Below, piece by piece: positions 50,407 through 62,631 of a stretch of 64,000 bases of DNA. Both the position numbers and the translations under genes were made by a program. The notes beneath the pieces are model-generated. The model was given only the letters and a program-made list of their open reading frames with translations, was not told the DNA's origin and did no database searches. The number at the start of each line of letters is the position of its first letter. Positions within the stretch are counted from its first letter, which is position 1. This stretch comes from an uncultured delta proteobacterium (GTDB lineage Bacteria > Desulfobacterota > Binatia > UBA9968), in assembly GCA_963804165.1 (NCBI GenBank), contig CAWDPO010000034.1:99689-163688 (forward strand), written 5' to 3'.

Positions 50407-50772
50407 TTACTCTTCCACCTGCGTGGTCGTGCTCCCTTTCGCTGTTAGAGCAATGTGGGAGAATGAGGAATCAGGTGTTGCCCCATGCCAATGTTTCTCT
50501 TCCGCCGAGATATGCACGACATCTCCTATGGTGATGATCTCCTGATATGTTTCCGTAGCGATGATACCCTTGCCCGCAGTGACAAACAGCACCTGATCGC
50601 TGCTGTGGATGTGCATTTTGTTCCGCGCACCGGTACTGAAGTTGACGACGGCAAGATTAAAGTTATTGCTCGTCTCAGGCGTCAGCAGAGTTTGTCGCGT
50701 CACGGGATCACCCGTGAACAAGGGACTATTCGCTGATTCTGCGGGGATCTCGTCGGGTTTTAGTACCTTCAT
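50407..50772 (-). CDS. cupin domain protein
   Basis: HIHSSDQVLFVTAGKG, KHWHGA. Confidence 0.9.
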   Translation of the reverse strand: MKVLKPDEIPAESANSPLFTGDPVTRQTLLTPETSNNFNLAVVNFSTGARNKMHIHSSDQVLFVTAGKGIIATETYQEIITIGDVVHISAEEKHWHGATPDSSFSHIALTAKGSTTTQVEE

Positions 50773-50946
50773 TGAAGCATCCTCCTTCCAGCAGGCTCTA
50801 TCATGGCGCCGCGCAAAATCGCAATGTGAAAAGTAGCCTGTCCCCTTTAATCCACTCGGTGAAAAAAGAAACCGGCGAACTGAAAGGTATATTCGTTAGC
50901 ATCGTTAGGAACACAAAAGCCAAATCAAGAATTTCGAAATCTTAAA

Positions 50947-51030
50947 CTTATCCTTTATCCCTTTGCCTTTATCCTTTTCGAGCCGCTTGGCGGTTCTACT
51001 TATCCCTCATCCTTTTGCCCTTATCCTTTT
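50947..51030. repeat. ATCCTTT-type heptamer tandem repeats
   Basis: ttatcctttatccctttgcctttatcctttt...ttatccctcatccttttgcccttatccttt. Confidence 0.7.
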
Positions 51031-51166
51031 AAAATCGCTCTTGTCAGAAACCCGCCGAATCCAAGTAGGCTACGAAAACATTTCGGCCAACGGCAGTTGC
51101 GTGTAGAAAGAATTGAAGGAACTACATGAGAGTGATAATCTGAGCGTGCCTTCGAGGTGTCATCGA

Positions 51167-51373
51167 ATGAAAACAAGGCGAAATCGAAAAGATCCTGAAA
51201 TAGTGATGCGGGGAGGAAAGCCGACCGCCGTTATCTTAAGCATCGAAGAGTATCGAAAGCTGCTCGAACGAGTCGAGAATGCCGAAGACCTTAAGACGCT
51301 CAGGGCGATGAGGAAGCGACCGCTAAGGTTCCGCAAACTTGAAGACTTCCTAAAGGACTTCGCAGGTGTATGA
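51167..51373 (+). CDS. Phd/YefM-like antitoxin
   Basis: GKPTAVILSIEEY; overlaps the toxin start. Confidence 0.8.
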   Translation: MKTRRNRKDPEIVMRGGKPTAVILSIEEYRKLLERVENAEDLKTLRAMRKRPLRFRKLEDFLKDFAGV

Positions 51374-51620
51374 GGTTCTGATCGAACGGACGGCCGAGCA
51401 TGATCTAAAATCTCTCCCCACCAATATCTTTGATCGTATCGTTCCTCGTATTAAAGCCCTCGCCGATAATCCACGGCTAGCCGGATGCCATAAACTAGCC
51501 GGTTCCAAGAATGACTGGCGAATTCGGATCGGAGATTATCGAGTGCTCTCTGAAATCGATGATGCACGTAAACGCGTAAGAATCTTTCGCATCAGGCACC
51601 GCAGAGAAGTGCATCGCTAA
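51366..51620 (+). CDS. RelE/ParE family toxin
   Basis: LADNPR..GCHKL, WRIRIGDYRV, IRHRREV. Confidence 0.9.
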   Translation: MYEVLIERTAEHDLKSLPTNIFDRIVPRIKALADNPRLAGCHKLAGSKNDWRIRIGDYRVLSEIDDARKRVRIFRIRHRREVHR

Positions 51621-51679
51621 GGTGAGCTAGACTGAGCAGACGGCTCGGTGCTGCTGCGGCCGCCATTAGCCAGCGCTCG

Positions 51680-51802
51680 TTTCGACGTTTCGAGAATTCC
51701 CGAAACGTGGAAGTTCCCCTCCGACTCTGTCCTTGAACCCTTTGAACCTTGAACCGGCGTTAGGCTTTGAACGCAGCGAACCGATTGAACCATTTGAACG
51801 GA
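51680..51802 (-). repeat. consensus palindrome + GTTCAA repeats
   Basis: ttcgacgtttcgagaattcccgaaacgtggaa at 51681-51712. Confidence 0.9.
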
Positions 51803-51824
51803 ACGATCCCCCGTGATGAATGGA

Positions 51825-51911
51825 GCTGAGCGATCGGATGCAAGCAAATGATACGGCCAGACGGGAGATCGAGCGACTGAGCAAGATATTTGAGTCGTAG
51901 AAGTCGGACCC
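51825..51911 (+). pseudogene. orphan 3' end of the RAYT element (last codons + right end)
   Basis: Matches 63921-64000, then aagtcggaccc (variant of aagtctgacccc). Confidence 0.88.
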
Positions 51912-52179
51912 GTAATTTCTCCCCTGGGACTCGGATTTCGCCATTTCTGACTCTCCTCTCCGCGATCATTAACAAAGATGCCTCGGACGTACACCGCCTC
52001 GAGAGCGCCTGTCAAGGAGACAAACAAGCCGGTGAGTAGCTTAGTGAAGGGCTCCGAGAGAATTTTTCAACAGCTTGGCAAGACTTGACCCTCATGACCC
52101 TCATGAAACGATTAAACGTCTGGAACGTTTGGAACAGCTTCGCTGATTCGAACCGCAGGCCTGGCTCGTACGTGGTCTG

Positions 52180-53448
52180 TTAGAGAATTTCGTTTAGCAT
52201 GTAGAAAGCGTTGTCTTTCAGTTTGTGCCACAGCCCGCGCTTGCGCCACGCCTCAAGCTCAATTTCCTCGCAATCGGGTGCGTACTTCTCGAAGACTGCA
52301 TCGAGTCTCTGTGCCGTTTCTGGGTCCCGGATGCCGAGCGTAATTTCATCGTTGGTCTCGAAAGACCGGTCGTCGAAGTTGCTTGAACCGACTGCACTCC
52401 ACACCCCGTCAATGGTCATCACTTTCTGGTGCAGCAGCGTGTGCGGATACTCGAACAGACGCACGCCGCAGCGCAGAAGCTTTTCGAAGTTGCGGTGCCC
52501 GGCGTGTTGCACCATGGGATTATCGGACCCCCCAGTCGAAGGCATCATCACGCGTACATCGACGCCTCGGGAAACCGCTTCCCCGAACGCGTCGATCGCT
52601 TCAGGTTCGGGAATAAAATAAGGATTCTGAATCCAGATTCGCTTGCGGGCGAGGCATATGGCCGTGTGGTGAAGAATCTTCACGGCAGGCGCCGAGCCTT
52701 CCGGCTTTGCGTATGCCGCATGGATCAACACGTCGCCCGCAGGTTCCAGAGTCGGAAACACATCGTCGCCGAGGAACAACTCCCCCGTTTCCCCAGCCCA
52801 GTTCTCGCTGAACGCGGACTGCACGCTGTTCACGATGGGGCCGCGCAACCTAAGGCTGATGTCACCGAAGTGTTCGCTGTCTTGGGCGTTGCCCAGCCAA
52901 CTGTCGACGATGCAATGACCACCCACGAATGCTTCGCGCCCGTCGATGACGACGAGCTTGCGATGGTCGCGGTCGTTTAGCACGCCGATGTTGCGGAAAG
53001 CCTTTTTATGGAAAAGCACGACCCAGCATCCGGCTTCTTCCATCTGTCGCTTAGCTGCCTTGCCGACTTCTTTGGAGCCGGATGCGTCAAGCAGGACACG
53101 CACCTGCTTGCCGGCGCGAGCCGTCTCCGACAGCGCGTCCGCCATGCGCTGACCGAGCACCCCTTCCTTCCAAAGAAAGGTTTCGAAATGCACTGACTTT
53201 TGAGCCGATCGAATTCGCTGCAACAGCACGTCAAAAAAAGCGCCGTTCTCCAAGACTTCGACTGAATTGCCGGCGACGGCTGTGCTGAGCGTCAGGCCGG
53301 CGAGCGAAGGAATCAGCTCATCGATCGGCGAACTACATTCAATGTGCAGTTTGGGATCACGGTGACGTTTAATCGACCAAATGACAATCGATAGCAGCAA
53401 AACCACGCAAACAAACGCCACCGCTATAAAAATGGACACCTGATTCAT
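52180..53448 (-). CDS. cardiolipin synthase-like phospholipase D
   Basis: Two HKD motifs, HRKLVVID and HQKVMTID..GSSNFD. Confidence 0.9.
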   Translation of the reverse strand: MNQVSIFIAVAFVCVVLLLSIVIWSIKRHRDPKLHIECSSPIDELIPSLAGLTLSTAVAGNSVEVLENGAFFDVLLQRIRSAQKSVHFETFLWKEGVLGQRMADALSETARAGKQVRVLLDASGSKEVGKAAKRQMEEAGCWVVLFHKKAFRNIGVLNDRDHRKLVVIDGREAFVGGHCIVDSWLGNAQDSEHFGDISLRLRGPIVNSVQSAFSENWAGETGELFLGDDVFPTLEPAGDVLIHAAYAKPEGSAPAVKILHHTAICLARKRIWIQNPYFIPEPEAIDAFGEAVSRGVDVRVMMPSTGGSDNPMVQHAGHRNFEKLLRCGVRLFEYPHTLLHQKVMTIDGVWSAVGSSNFDDRSFETNDEITLGIRDPETAQRLDAVFEKYAPDCEEIELEAWRKRGLWHKLKDNAFYMLNEIL

Positions 53449-53740
53449 CGTATCAGTACTCTATGAGGTCGAATACAACGGAGCAAACTCACCGGGCTGG
53501 TCGCGGACGGCACCTGGATGCCGATGGCGACGGTTCACTTTGCCGCGATGACCGGAGCACTGCTCGCCGGCTGGATGGCGGTGGGTCGAACTAGTCGCGA
53601 TCGCGAGCCCGCTGTGAGTGGCTCACGCTTCCGACCGATAAGCTTCTGTGGTTCTTCATGATCTCTGCCGGGTCTGGTAAAGATAACATCGAGCCTGCTT
53701 CGCCTATGCACCGTGTAAACCCAACGAAAAAGGAACCATC

Positions 53741-55390
53741 ATGCGAACATTAACAATTTTTTTCGTTCTCGCGCTGACCTTCTATGGCCATTGGGCGGCG
53801 GCGCAGCACCCGCATGGCGGTGCGACGACCCAGCCGGTCGAGCTTCACCCCGGGCTCGGCAACTATCAGCATCCGATCACGACGAAGAACGCCGATGCGC
53901 AGACTCATTTCAATCAGGGGCTGATCCTCCTTTATGGCTTCAACCACGACGAAGCCGCCCGCCATTTTCGGCGTGCCACGGAGCTCGATCCCGAAGCGGC
54001 AATGGCCTACTGGGGCCTCGCACTGGCAATCGGGCCGAACTACAACGATACCGCAGTGGATGAAAACCGGGCGAAAAACACATATGACGCCGTGCGCAAA
54101 GCGCTGGAGAGCGCGCCTAAGGCGAGCGCCCGCGAGCAGCACTATATTCATGCTCTGGCGAAACGTTACCCGACGTCGAACGCGAAGTCAGACTGGAAGC
54201 GATTTCACCTTGACTACAGCAAAGCCATGCGAAGTTTGGTACGAAAGTTCCCCGATGACCTCGACGCGGCTACGATGTTCGCCGAGAGTTTGATGATGCT
54301 GCGGCCGTGGCAGCTCTGGACACGCGACGGCAAGCCTGCGCCGGGCACGCTCGAGCTGGTCGCGGTGCTCGAGTCCGTTCTTAAGCGCAACCCCGATCAT
54401 CCGGGTGCAAACCATTTTTATATTCATGCGGTGGAAGCTTCGCATAATCTAGAGCGCGCTGTCCCGAGCGCCATGCGCCTGATGACGCTTGTCCCTGGCA
54501 CGGGCCATCTCGTTCACATGCCTGGACATATCTTTCTCCAAACTGGCGACTACGAGCTGGCCGCGAAAACGAACGTAAACGCCGCGGCGGCCGATAAGTC
54601 GTTTGTGCAGCGCACGGGGGCGACCGGTGTTTACCCGCTGATGTACTGGACGCACAACATTCATTTCATCGCGTATGCGCGCGCCCAGCAGGGGCGGTAC
54701 GACGAGGCGCGAGATGCGGCGCAGGAAATGGCGCAAAACGTGGGGGACGCGGATTTGAAGATGCAGATGCTGGAAGGATTCCATTTGTATCCGCTAATGG
54801 TCGATCTGCGCTTTCATCGTTGGGACGATATTCTCCGCTCTCCGGACCCCGGTGCCGAGCGCAAGCTACAGCGCGCCTTCCGAGCCTACGCGCGCGCGAT
54901 GGCACTGGCCGTACAGGGCAAGGTCATCGAGGCGACCGCGGAGCGACAACAATTCGAGTCTCTCCGCAAAGCGGTACCGGCTGATTCGCAGTTCCTGATC
55001 AACAATAAATCCTCGGATGTCTTGGCGCTGGCGGGAGCGACGCTCAACGCGCAGCTCGCGGCCGCGCGCAACGAAGCTCCCAAGGCCATTCAGGAATGGC
55101 GTCGCGCGGTCGAGCTCGAAGCGAAGATCCAGTATGACGAACCGCCGGCATGGTTCTATCCCGTGCGGCAATCCCTGGCCGCGGCGCTGCTGCGCAGCGG
55201 AAAACTTAAAGAAGCGGAAGCCGTTTTTAGAGAGGCGATTGCCAAGCAGCCGCGCGACGGCCGGCTGCTCTTCGGCGTGTGGCAGAGCTTGATCGCCCAG
55301 AAACGCGAGAGTGAAGCGGCACTTGTCGAACAACAGTTTAACGCCGCATGGAAAGACGCCACGATTAAGCTAACTATCGAAGACTTGTAA
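53741..55390 (+). CDS. secreted TPR-repeat protein
   Basis: FNQGL..YGFNHDEA, HPGANHFYIH, HLVHMPGHIF. Confidence 0.85.
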   Translation: MRTLTIFFVLALTFYGHWAAAQHPHGGATTQPVELHPGLGNYQHPITTKNADAQTHFNQGLILLYGFNHDEAARHFRRATELDPEAAMAYWGLALAIGPNYNDTAVDENRAKNTYDAVRKALESAPKASAREQHYIHALAKRYPTSNAKSDWKRFHLDYSKAMRSLVRKFPDDLDAATMFAESLMMLRPWQLWTRDGKPAPGTLELVAVLESVLKRNPDHPGANHFYIHAVEASHNLERAVPSAMRLMTLVPGTGHLVHMPGHIFLQTGDYELAAKTNVNAAAADKSFVQRTGATGVYPLMYWTHNIHFIAYARAQQGRYDEARDAAQEMAQNVGDADLKMQMLEGFHLYPLMVDLRFHRWDDILRSPDPGAERKLQRAFRAYARAMALAVQGKVIEATAERQQFESLRKAVPADSQFLINNKSSDVLALAGATLNAQLAAARNEAPKAIQEWRRAVELEAKIQYDEPPAWFYPVRQSLAAALLRSGKLKEAEAVFREAIAKQPRDGRLLFGVWQSLIAQKRESEAALVEQQFNAAWKDATIKLTIEDL

Positions 55391-55740
55391 ATGCAGAACT
55401 ACCATCTAGCAAACCAAACCCGGTCGGAGCTGCGCAACGTACCTATCTGATGCGTAACATATCGAGAGTTCAGAGGCTCGCCACAAGTCTCAAAGCCCGC
55501 CGTATCGATGCATTAGCTCCATCACTAGCGCTCGTTCTCGACGATGCCGTCCCGTTCCTGGTAAGGCAGCTTTACTTAGCCGAAAATAATGGTTGTTTGC
55601 TTGATATGAACCGCCGCCTGCCCGCGCCATGCGGCAGCGTTTCCAGCACCGCCAATTGCGGTCTTCCGGCATAGAAGCGAATTAGTGATCGAGTCAAACA
55701 GGTTTGACCTTAAGTTCTCAGACAACCACGACCGTGGAGG

Positions 55741-57033
55741 TCATGTTGATTTCGAGAACACCCGGTACACAGCCTGGGCCCCTTCCAAAAGACGGTGATC
55801 CTGGTTTCGGTGACCGATCAGCTGAATACCGACTGGCAGACCGGACGGTCCGCTAAATACAGGCAGCGTCACGCAGGGAGTATAAGTCCAGGTCGACAGG
55901 ATATTGAACGAGGTATCTCCGGTACTGCTCAGTCCTGCCGGAGCCTCTCCGAGAGCGCTTGGCGTGAGCAGCAGGTCTATATCGTTCATCGCGTCGGCGA
56001 GATTTCTGCGGCACTGGTCAAGCACGGCTTCGGCCTCTCGGTATTGTTCGTAGGAGACATTGAGCCATCCGGCAAGTTTTTCGCGCTGGAACTCGCTCAA
56101 GAGGTTCCAATGATGACTCCGTTCCCAGGTAAGGCCATGGGAGAACTCGTAATCATTGATGCGCCGGCCCATGGCCTCGAACTGTTCAAAGGGCTTTCCC
56201 AGATCGAAATCGGAGACCTTCGCTCCGGCCTTCGCCAGCGCGCTTGCCGCCTGTTCGAGGAAAGTTTTCGTGCACTCCTCCGCACGGTTCCAGAACATGG
56301 TGCGGCAAAAACCGATCCTGAGCTCGTTCACCGAAATGGCGGCCAGAGGTTTCGCGGCGAATCCTGTAACGGCGGCTCAAAACAGAGTGAGGTCCTCGAC
56401 AGCGCGAGTGAAAAGCCCCACGGTGTCGAAGGACGCGGTATTTTGCTTCACGCCCTGCGTGCTCACTTCGCCGAAGCTCGGTTTGTATCCGACGCAGCCG
56501 CAGAACGCTGCCGGACGAATCACCGATCCGACCGTTTGGGTTCCAAAGGCCAGCGGCACCATGAAATCTCCGACCGCGGCGGCGGAGCCGCTGGAGGAAC
56601 CACCGGGCGTATGCGCGGGGTTGTGCGGATTCGTCGTGTTTCCCAATGGAGATCGACTGGCAAACTCGGTCGTCACCGTCTTGCCCAAAAGCACGCCGCC
56701 GGCCGCGCGGCTGAGTGCCACGCACGCCGCGTCCGCCGTAGGACGGTTGCCTTTGTAGATGGGCGATCCGTATTCCGTGGGCAAATCGGCCGTATCCATA
56801 ATGTCCTTGGCAGCGAATGGCACTCCGTGAATCGGACCGCGGCTCGCGCTTTTGTCGCATTCCCGCGCCTGCGCCAGGGCAAAATCGCGGTCCAAATGGA
56901 CCCACGCTTTGACTTACGATTCCCGCGAATCGATCCGCTCGAAACAGGAGCGTACCAAAGCTTCGGACGTGAGTTTGCCTTCGCGAATGCGTGCTGCGGC
57001 TTCACTTGCCGATAACCGAAATAAATCTGGCCA
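55741..57033 (-). pseudogene. amidase, disrupted
   Basis: GKTVTTEF, PGGSSSGSAAAV, GTQTVGS in 56377..56895; in-frame stop and frameshifts split it into several ORFs. Confidence 0.85.
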
Positions 57034-57235
57034 TGTGATTCTCCTTCAAAAGATGTAGCGACGATTTCAACTCTACGGTTGAATCCGAAGAACGTTTGCG
57101 AACATAACCGAGGCGACGTGATGACTGCAACAAGAGCTGGGTTTGGTCAACCGCTGGTGCAAAAGCTCGAGCATCGATCAGGCCCGGCGACGCGTGACCC
57201 TCAAGGTCTCTCGCTTTTGTTGCAGTAAAATGTCG

Positions 57236-58324
57236 CTAGCGCTTTCGCTCGGTCGAGGCTTCTTCGATTTTCTCCCGCGCCTCAGCTTCATCAGAAGCGT
57301 GGGCTTGTGGCGCTCCTTGCTGGCGCTCGGCCTCGGGTTCGTAGCTCAAGCGAATAAACATAGGAAAATGGTCCGAGCCGAAATACGCCAGGCGCTTCAG
57401 CTCGATCAGCCTGAAGTGGGTCGAGTGAAAGAAATGATCGAGCGGAAAGCGCAGAAAGAAGTACTCGGCATGAAACGAGTTATAGAACCCGCGACCGATG
57501 CGCGGATCGAGCAGCCCGCTGATTTTTTGAAATAAGTCGTTCGTGCGCGACCATGCCACGTCGTTCAAGTCGCCCATGACGACGATCGGCAGCTGCTTGC
57601 CTTTGACTTCCTTGCCGACGATCATCAATTCGGCGTCCCGTTCGGTGGACTGCGCGGTTTCTTGAGGCACTGGCGGCTTGGGATGGAGGCAATGAATCTC
57701 TATCTCGGTTCCTGTGCGCAGCTTGACGACGGCCCGAATCGACGGCACATCGTCTTCGATCAAGAAGCGAATTTCGGGGTGAACCAACTCGAGCCTGGAA
57801 TAAAGCAGCATGCCGTAAAAGTTGTTCTGGGGCCGGCGCACTGTGAATGGATGGGATTGGGCAAAGCAAATAAGCTCGCTTTCCCACCAGGCGTCGGTCT
57901 CGACGGCGAGAATGACATCTGGATGGGCTTTGACGATGATCTCCCGAAGCCGCGACGACTGGCGGTTGTTCATTTTTACATTGGCGAGCACTAGGGTGAG
58001 AGTCGATTCCGGGCGAGGGGTTCGCGCCGGCTGCACCTGTTTTCTTGCGAGGACCGTGTACGGTCGAATCTTATAGGCTTGATAGAGAATACATAACGCC
58101 AGCGCAGCGCGGATAAACTGCGCGGTTAAACCGGCGTGCGTCTGAAAAGTCAGATCGGCGGCGAGAGCCACGGCGGCGATGAGGGCGATTTGTAGCCGCG
58201 GAAAATCAAAAAACCTGATCCACCAGATCGCACTTCGGCTGAGCGGCAGCAGTGTCGCCGCGATCGCGGCGAGTTCGACAGTTATCAAGAAAACGCGCAA
58301 TGTTTGTTCCTCCTCGTTCAGCAT
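57236..58324 (-). CDS. endonuclease/exonuclease/phosphatase family protein
   Basis: N-terminal TMs; GDLND, PLDHFF, GSDHFP. Confidence 0.9.
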   Translation of the reverse strand: MLNEEEQTLRVFLITVELAAIAATLLPLSRSAIWWIRFFDFPRLQIALIAAVALAADLTFQTHAGLTAQFIRAALALCILYQAYKIRPYTVLARKQVQPARTPRPESTLTLVLANVKMNNRQSSRLREIIVKAHPDVILAVETDAWWESELICFAQSHPFTVRRPQNNFYGMLLYSRLELVHPEIRFLIEDDVPSIRAVVKLRTGTEIEIHCLHPKPPVPQETAQSTERDAELMIVGKEVKGKQLPIVVMGDLNDVAWSRTNDLFQKISGLLDPRIGRGFYNSFHAEYFFLRFPLDHFFHSTHFRLIELKRLAYFGSDHFPMFIRLSYEPEAERQQGAPQAHASDEAEAREKIEEASTERKR

Positions 58325-58464
58325 AACATTCGACCGGCACGGCGAAAGATAGAGCGCTTGGCGCGAAAGATTTTCCTTGTTTGGATGGCACCTGAGTCGA
58401 ACGCCGATTTATGCGCTATATAAAAATTAGACTGACGGCGTGTTTTCCAATCGGAGAGCCGAAG

Positions 58465-58690
58465 ATGACTGAGCTGAATTTCGTCGAGCGCATCGGTCTG
58501 AAGGTTTTGCGGCGGCGGGTCGACAGGGCAGAGTCCCATATTCACGAGTGGTCAGATGCTGAGCTGGCGGAGATCCAGCACAGTGAACGTCGGACCATGA
58601 TTGTCGCCGCTCTCGCGGGAGCGACTTCCGGCGTCATCCTCGGGATCACCGAGATTTGGCTTGGCAACGCAGCGCTTGACATCACGAGGA
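58465..58690 (+). pseudogene. 5' fragment of a membrane-protein gene truncated at the RAYT end
   Basis: MTELNFVERIG...IVAALAGATSGVILG, then runs into the element end. Confidence 0.55.
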
Positions 58691-58712
58691 AAAATCTTGG
58701 GGGAAAAATCTT

Positions 58713-59710
58713 GGGGTCAGACTTCTATAAGTTGACTGTCTTGGGAGGTCTTGATAAGGAGTTGCATCATGGCGCGCCGTCCCCGACTATTTGCCGCGGG
58801 GGTTCTCTATCATGTGATTGTACACGGCAACCAGCGGCAGAAGACCTTCACTGCGGAAAGTGATTATCACGCCTATATTGAACGGCTGGCACGGTACCGC
58901 AAGAAATATGACTATGTGTTGCACGCCTACTGCCTGATGCCCAACCATGTCCATCTGCTCGTTGAAAGCTCCGAACAGCCACTGGCGAAATTCATGCAAG
59001 GGCTGCAACAATCCTACAGCCAATATTTCAATCGTAAACATCGCAAGACCGGACACGTGTTTGAAGGGCGCTACAAAGCAATCCTTTGCCAGAAAGACGA
59101 GTATCTCCTTCAGCTGATCCGTTATATTCATCTCAACCCGGTGCGCGCCTGCATGGTCAGAAGTCCGGAGCGCTATCGTTACTCGGGTGATCACGTTTAT
59201 CTGCAGGGGAAGGCTACGGAAACCATAGATCCGGCGACCGTTCTATCGATGTTGGGAGGGAAACAGGCCTATCGAAGGTTTGTTCAAGACGGTTTGAGCG
59301 AAGGGCATAAGGAGGAATACTACGCGGTGGAGGACCAGAGATTTCTAGGCGCCGAAGGGTTCGGAGAAAGGTTGCTGAAGAAGGAACCGGGTTTGTCGGG
59401 CAAAAAGCTGACCCGGCGGTCCATCGAGACGGTGGCGAGAGAGCTGGCGAAGCTATTGAAAATTGATGTCCAAGCGCTGCGTAGTCGGGATCGGGGTTGG
59501 GCGATATCGAAAGCGCGCACGATAGCGGCGTACGTATTGGTTCGGAGACTTGGCTATCGGTTAAGCGATGTGGCGGCCTATTTTGGCAGAGACATGGCGA
59601 CACTCGCGACCTTACTCGCACGGCTGAGCGATCGGATGCAAGCAAATGATACGGCCAGACGGGAGATCGAGCGGCTGAACGAGATAGTTGAGTCGTAGAA
59701 GTCTGACCCC
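58713..59710 (+). mobile_element. RAYT element with 15-bp terminal inverted repeats, copy A
   Basis: ggggtcagacttcta (58713) / tagaagtctgacccc (to 59710). Confidence 0.85.
58769..59698 (+). CDS. REP-associated tyrosine transposase (Y1 HUH) with C-terminal HTH
   Basis: MARRPR, YHVIVHGN, YCLMPNHVHLL, HVFEGRY, RYIHLNP. Confidence 0.92.
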   Translation: MARRPRLFAAGVLYHVIVHGNQRQKTFTAESDYHAYIERLARYRKKYDYVLHAYCLMPNHVHLLVESSEQPLAKFMQGLQQSYSQYFNRKHRKTGHVFEGRYKAILCQKDEYLLQLIRYIHLNPVRACMVRSPERYRYSGDHVYLQGKATETIDPATVLSMLGGKQAYRRFVQDGLSEGHKEEYYAVEDQRFLGAEGFGERLLKKEPGLSGKKLTRRSIETVARELAKLLKIDVQALRSRDRGWAISKARTIAAYVLVRRLGYRLSDVAAYFGRDMATLATLLARLSDRMQANDTARREIERLNEIVES

Positions 59711-59748
59711 GTTTCTCCTTCCGTTTCTCCCTCGCACTGGCCCTTCTT

Positions 59749-60135
59749 TTAGCCGGAACAGGACTTGCACTCGCCAAAGAATGCCAACCGATGGGAGGTC
59801 ACGGTGAAACCACCCTGGAGCAGGGAGGCGGGCAGGATCTCTTCGCCCTTATCGACTAAGATGTCATACACCCGTCCACAGGTCTGGCAAATGAAGTGCT
59901 GGTGCGAGTCCACCAGCGGATCGAAGTGCTGCGTCCGACCCAGGGTCAGCACCTGGAGTTTCCCTTCAGCCACCAGTTTCTGCAGATTATGATAGACCGT
60001 ACCGAGACTGATAAGGGGGATATGCCTGCGCACCCTTTGGTAGATCTGATCGGCCGTGGGATGCGAGTTGTCGCCGACAACCTCGTTCCACACAACTTCA
60101 AGCTGCCTGGTCTTTCTGCCGGTGCTTTTCTCCAT
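59749..60135 (-). CDS. Fur family transcriptional regulator (PerR/FurA-like)
   Basis: HPTADQIY, SLGTVYHNL, HQHFICQTCG, CKSC; adjacent to katG. Confidence 0.9.
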   Translation of the reverse strand: MEKSTGRKTRQLEVVWNEVVGDNSHPTADQIYQRVRRHIPLISLGTVYHNLQKLVAEGKLQVLTLGRTQHFDPLVDSHQHFICQTCGRVYDILVDKGEEILPASLLQGGFTVTSHRLAFFGECKSCSG

Positions 60136-60375
60136 CGGACGTCCTACGCCTCGAGATCTTCCGCAAGGCACCGCCTGGTTTCCGGTGCAAGCTTTGCCTC
60201 AGCCCGGGCCAGGCAGGCGCCTCTCCATCACAAGTGCTCGGGGCCTGGTGACTCGGCACACGCCCCGTCAACAGCAAAGCGCGGGCGAACCGCAGAGGTA
60301 GCCCGCGCTTACTGCAAACGGTATTGGTAACGAACCTAAGCGCCGGCCTTGGCTCTCGCGCTCCACGCCCACACC

Positions 60376-62631
<2,256 letters not shown>

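Noticed and set aside
14856-51802. CRISPR array interpretation of the 32-bp palindromic repeats
   Set aside because: Spacing is kilobases and irregular, the repeats are degenerate, and there are no cas genes.
14856-51802. Classical integron (attC array)
   Set aside because: No intI in the window, no consistent RYYYAAC...GTTRRRY boundaries, and cargo genes lie in both orientations.
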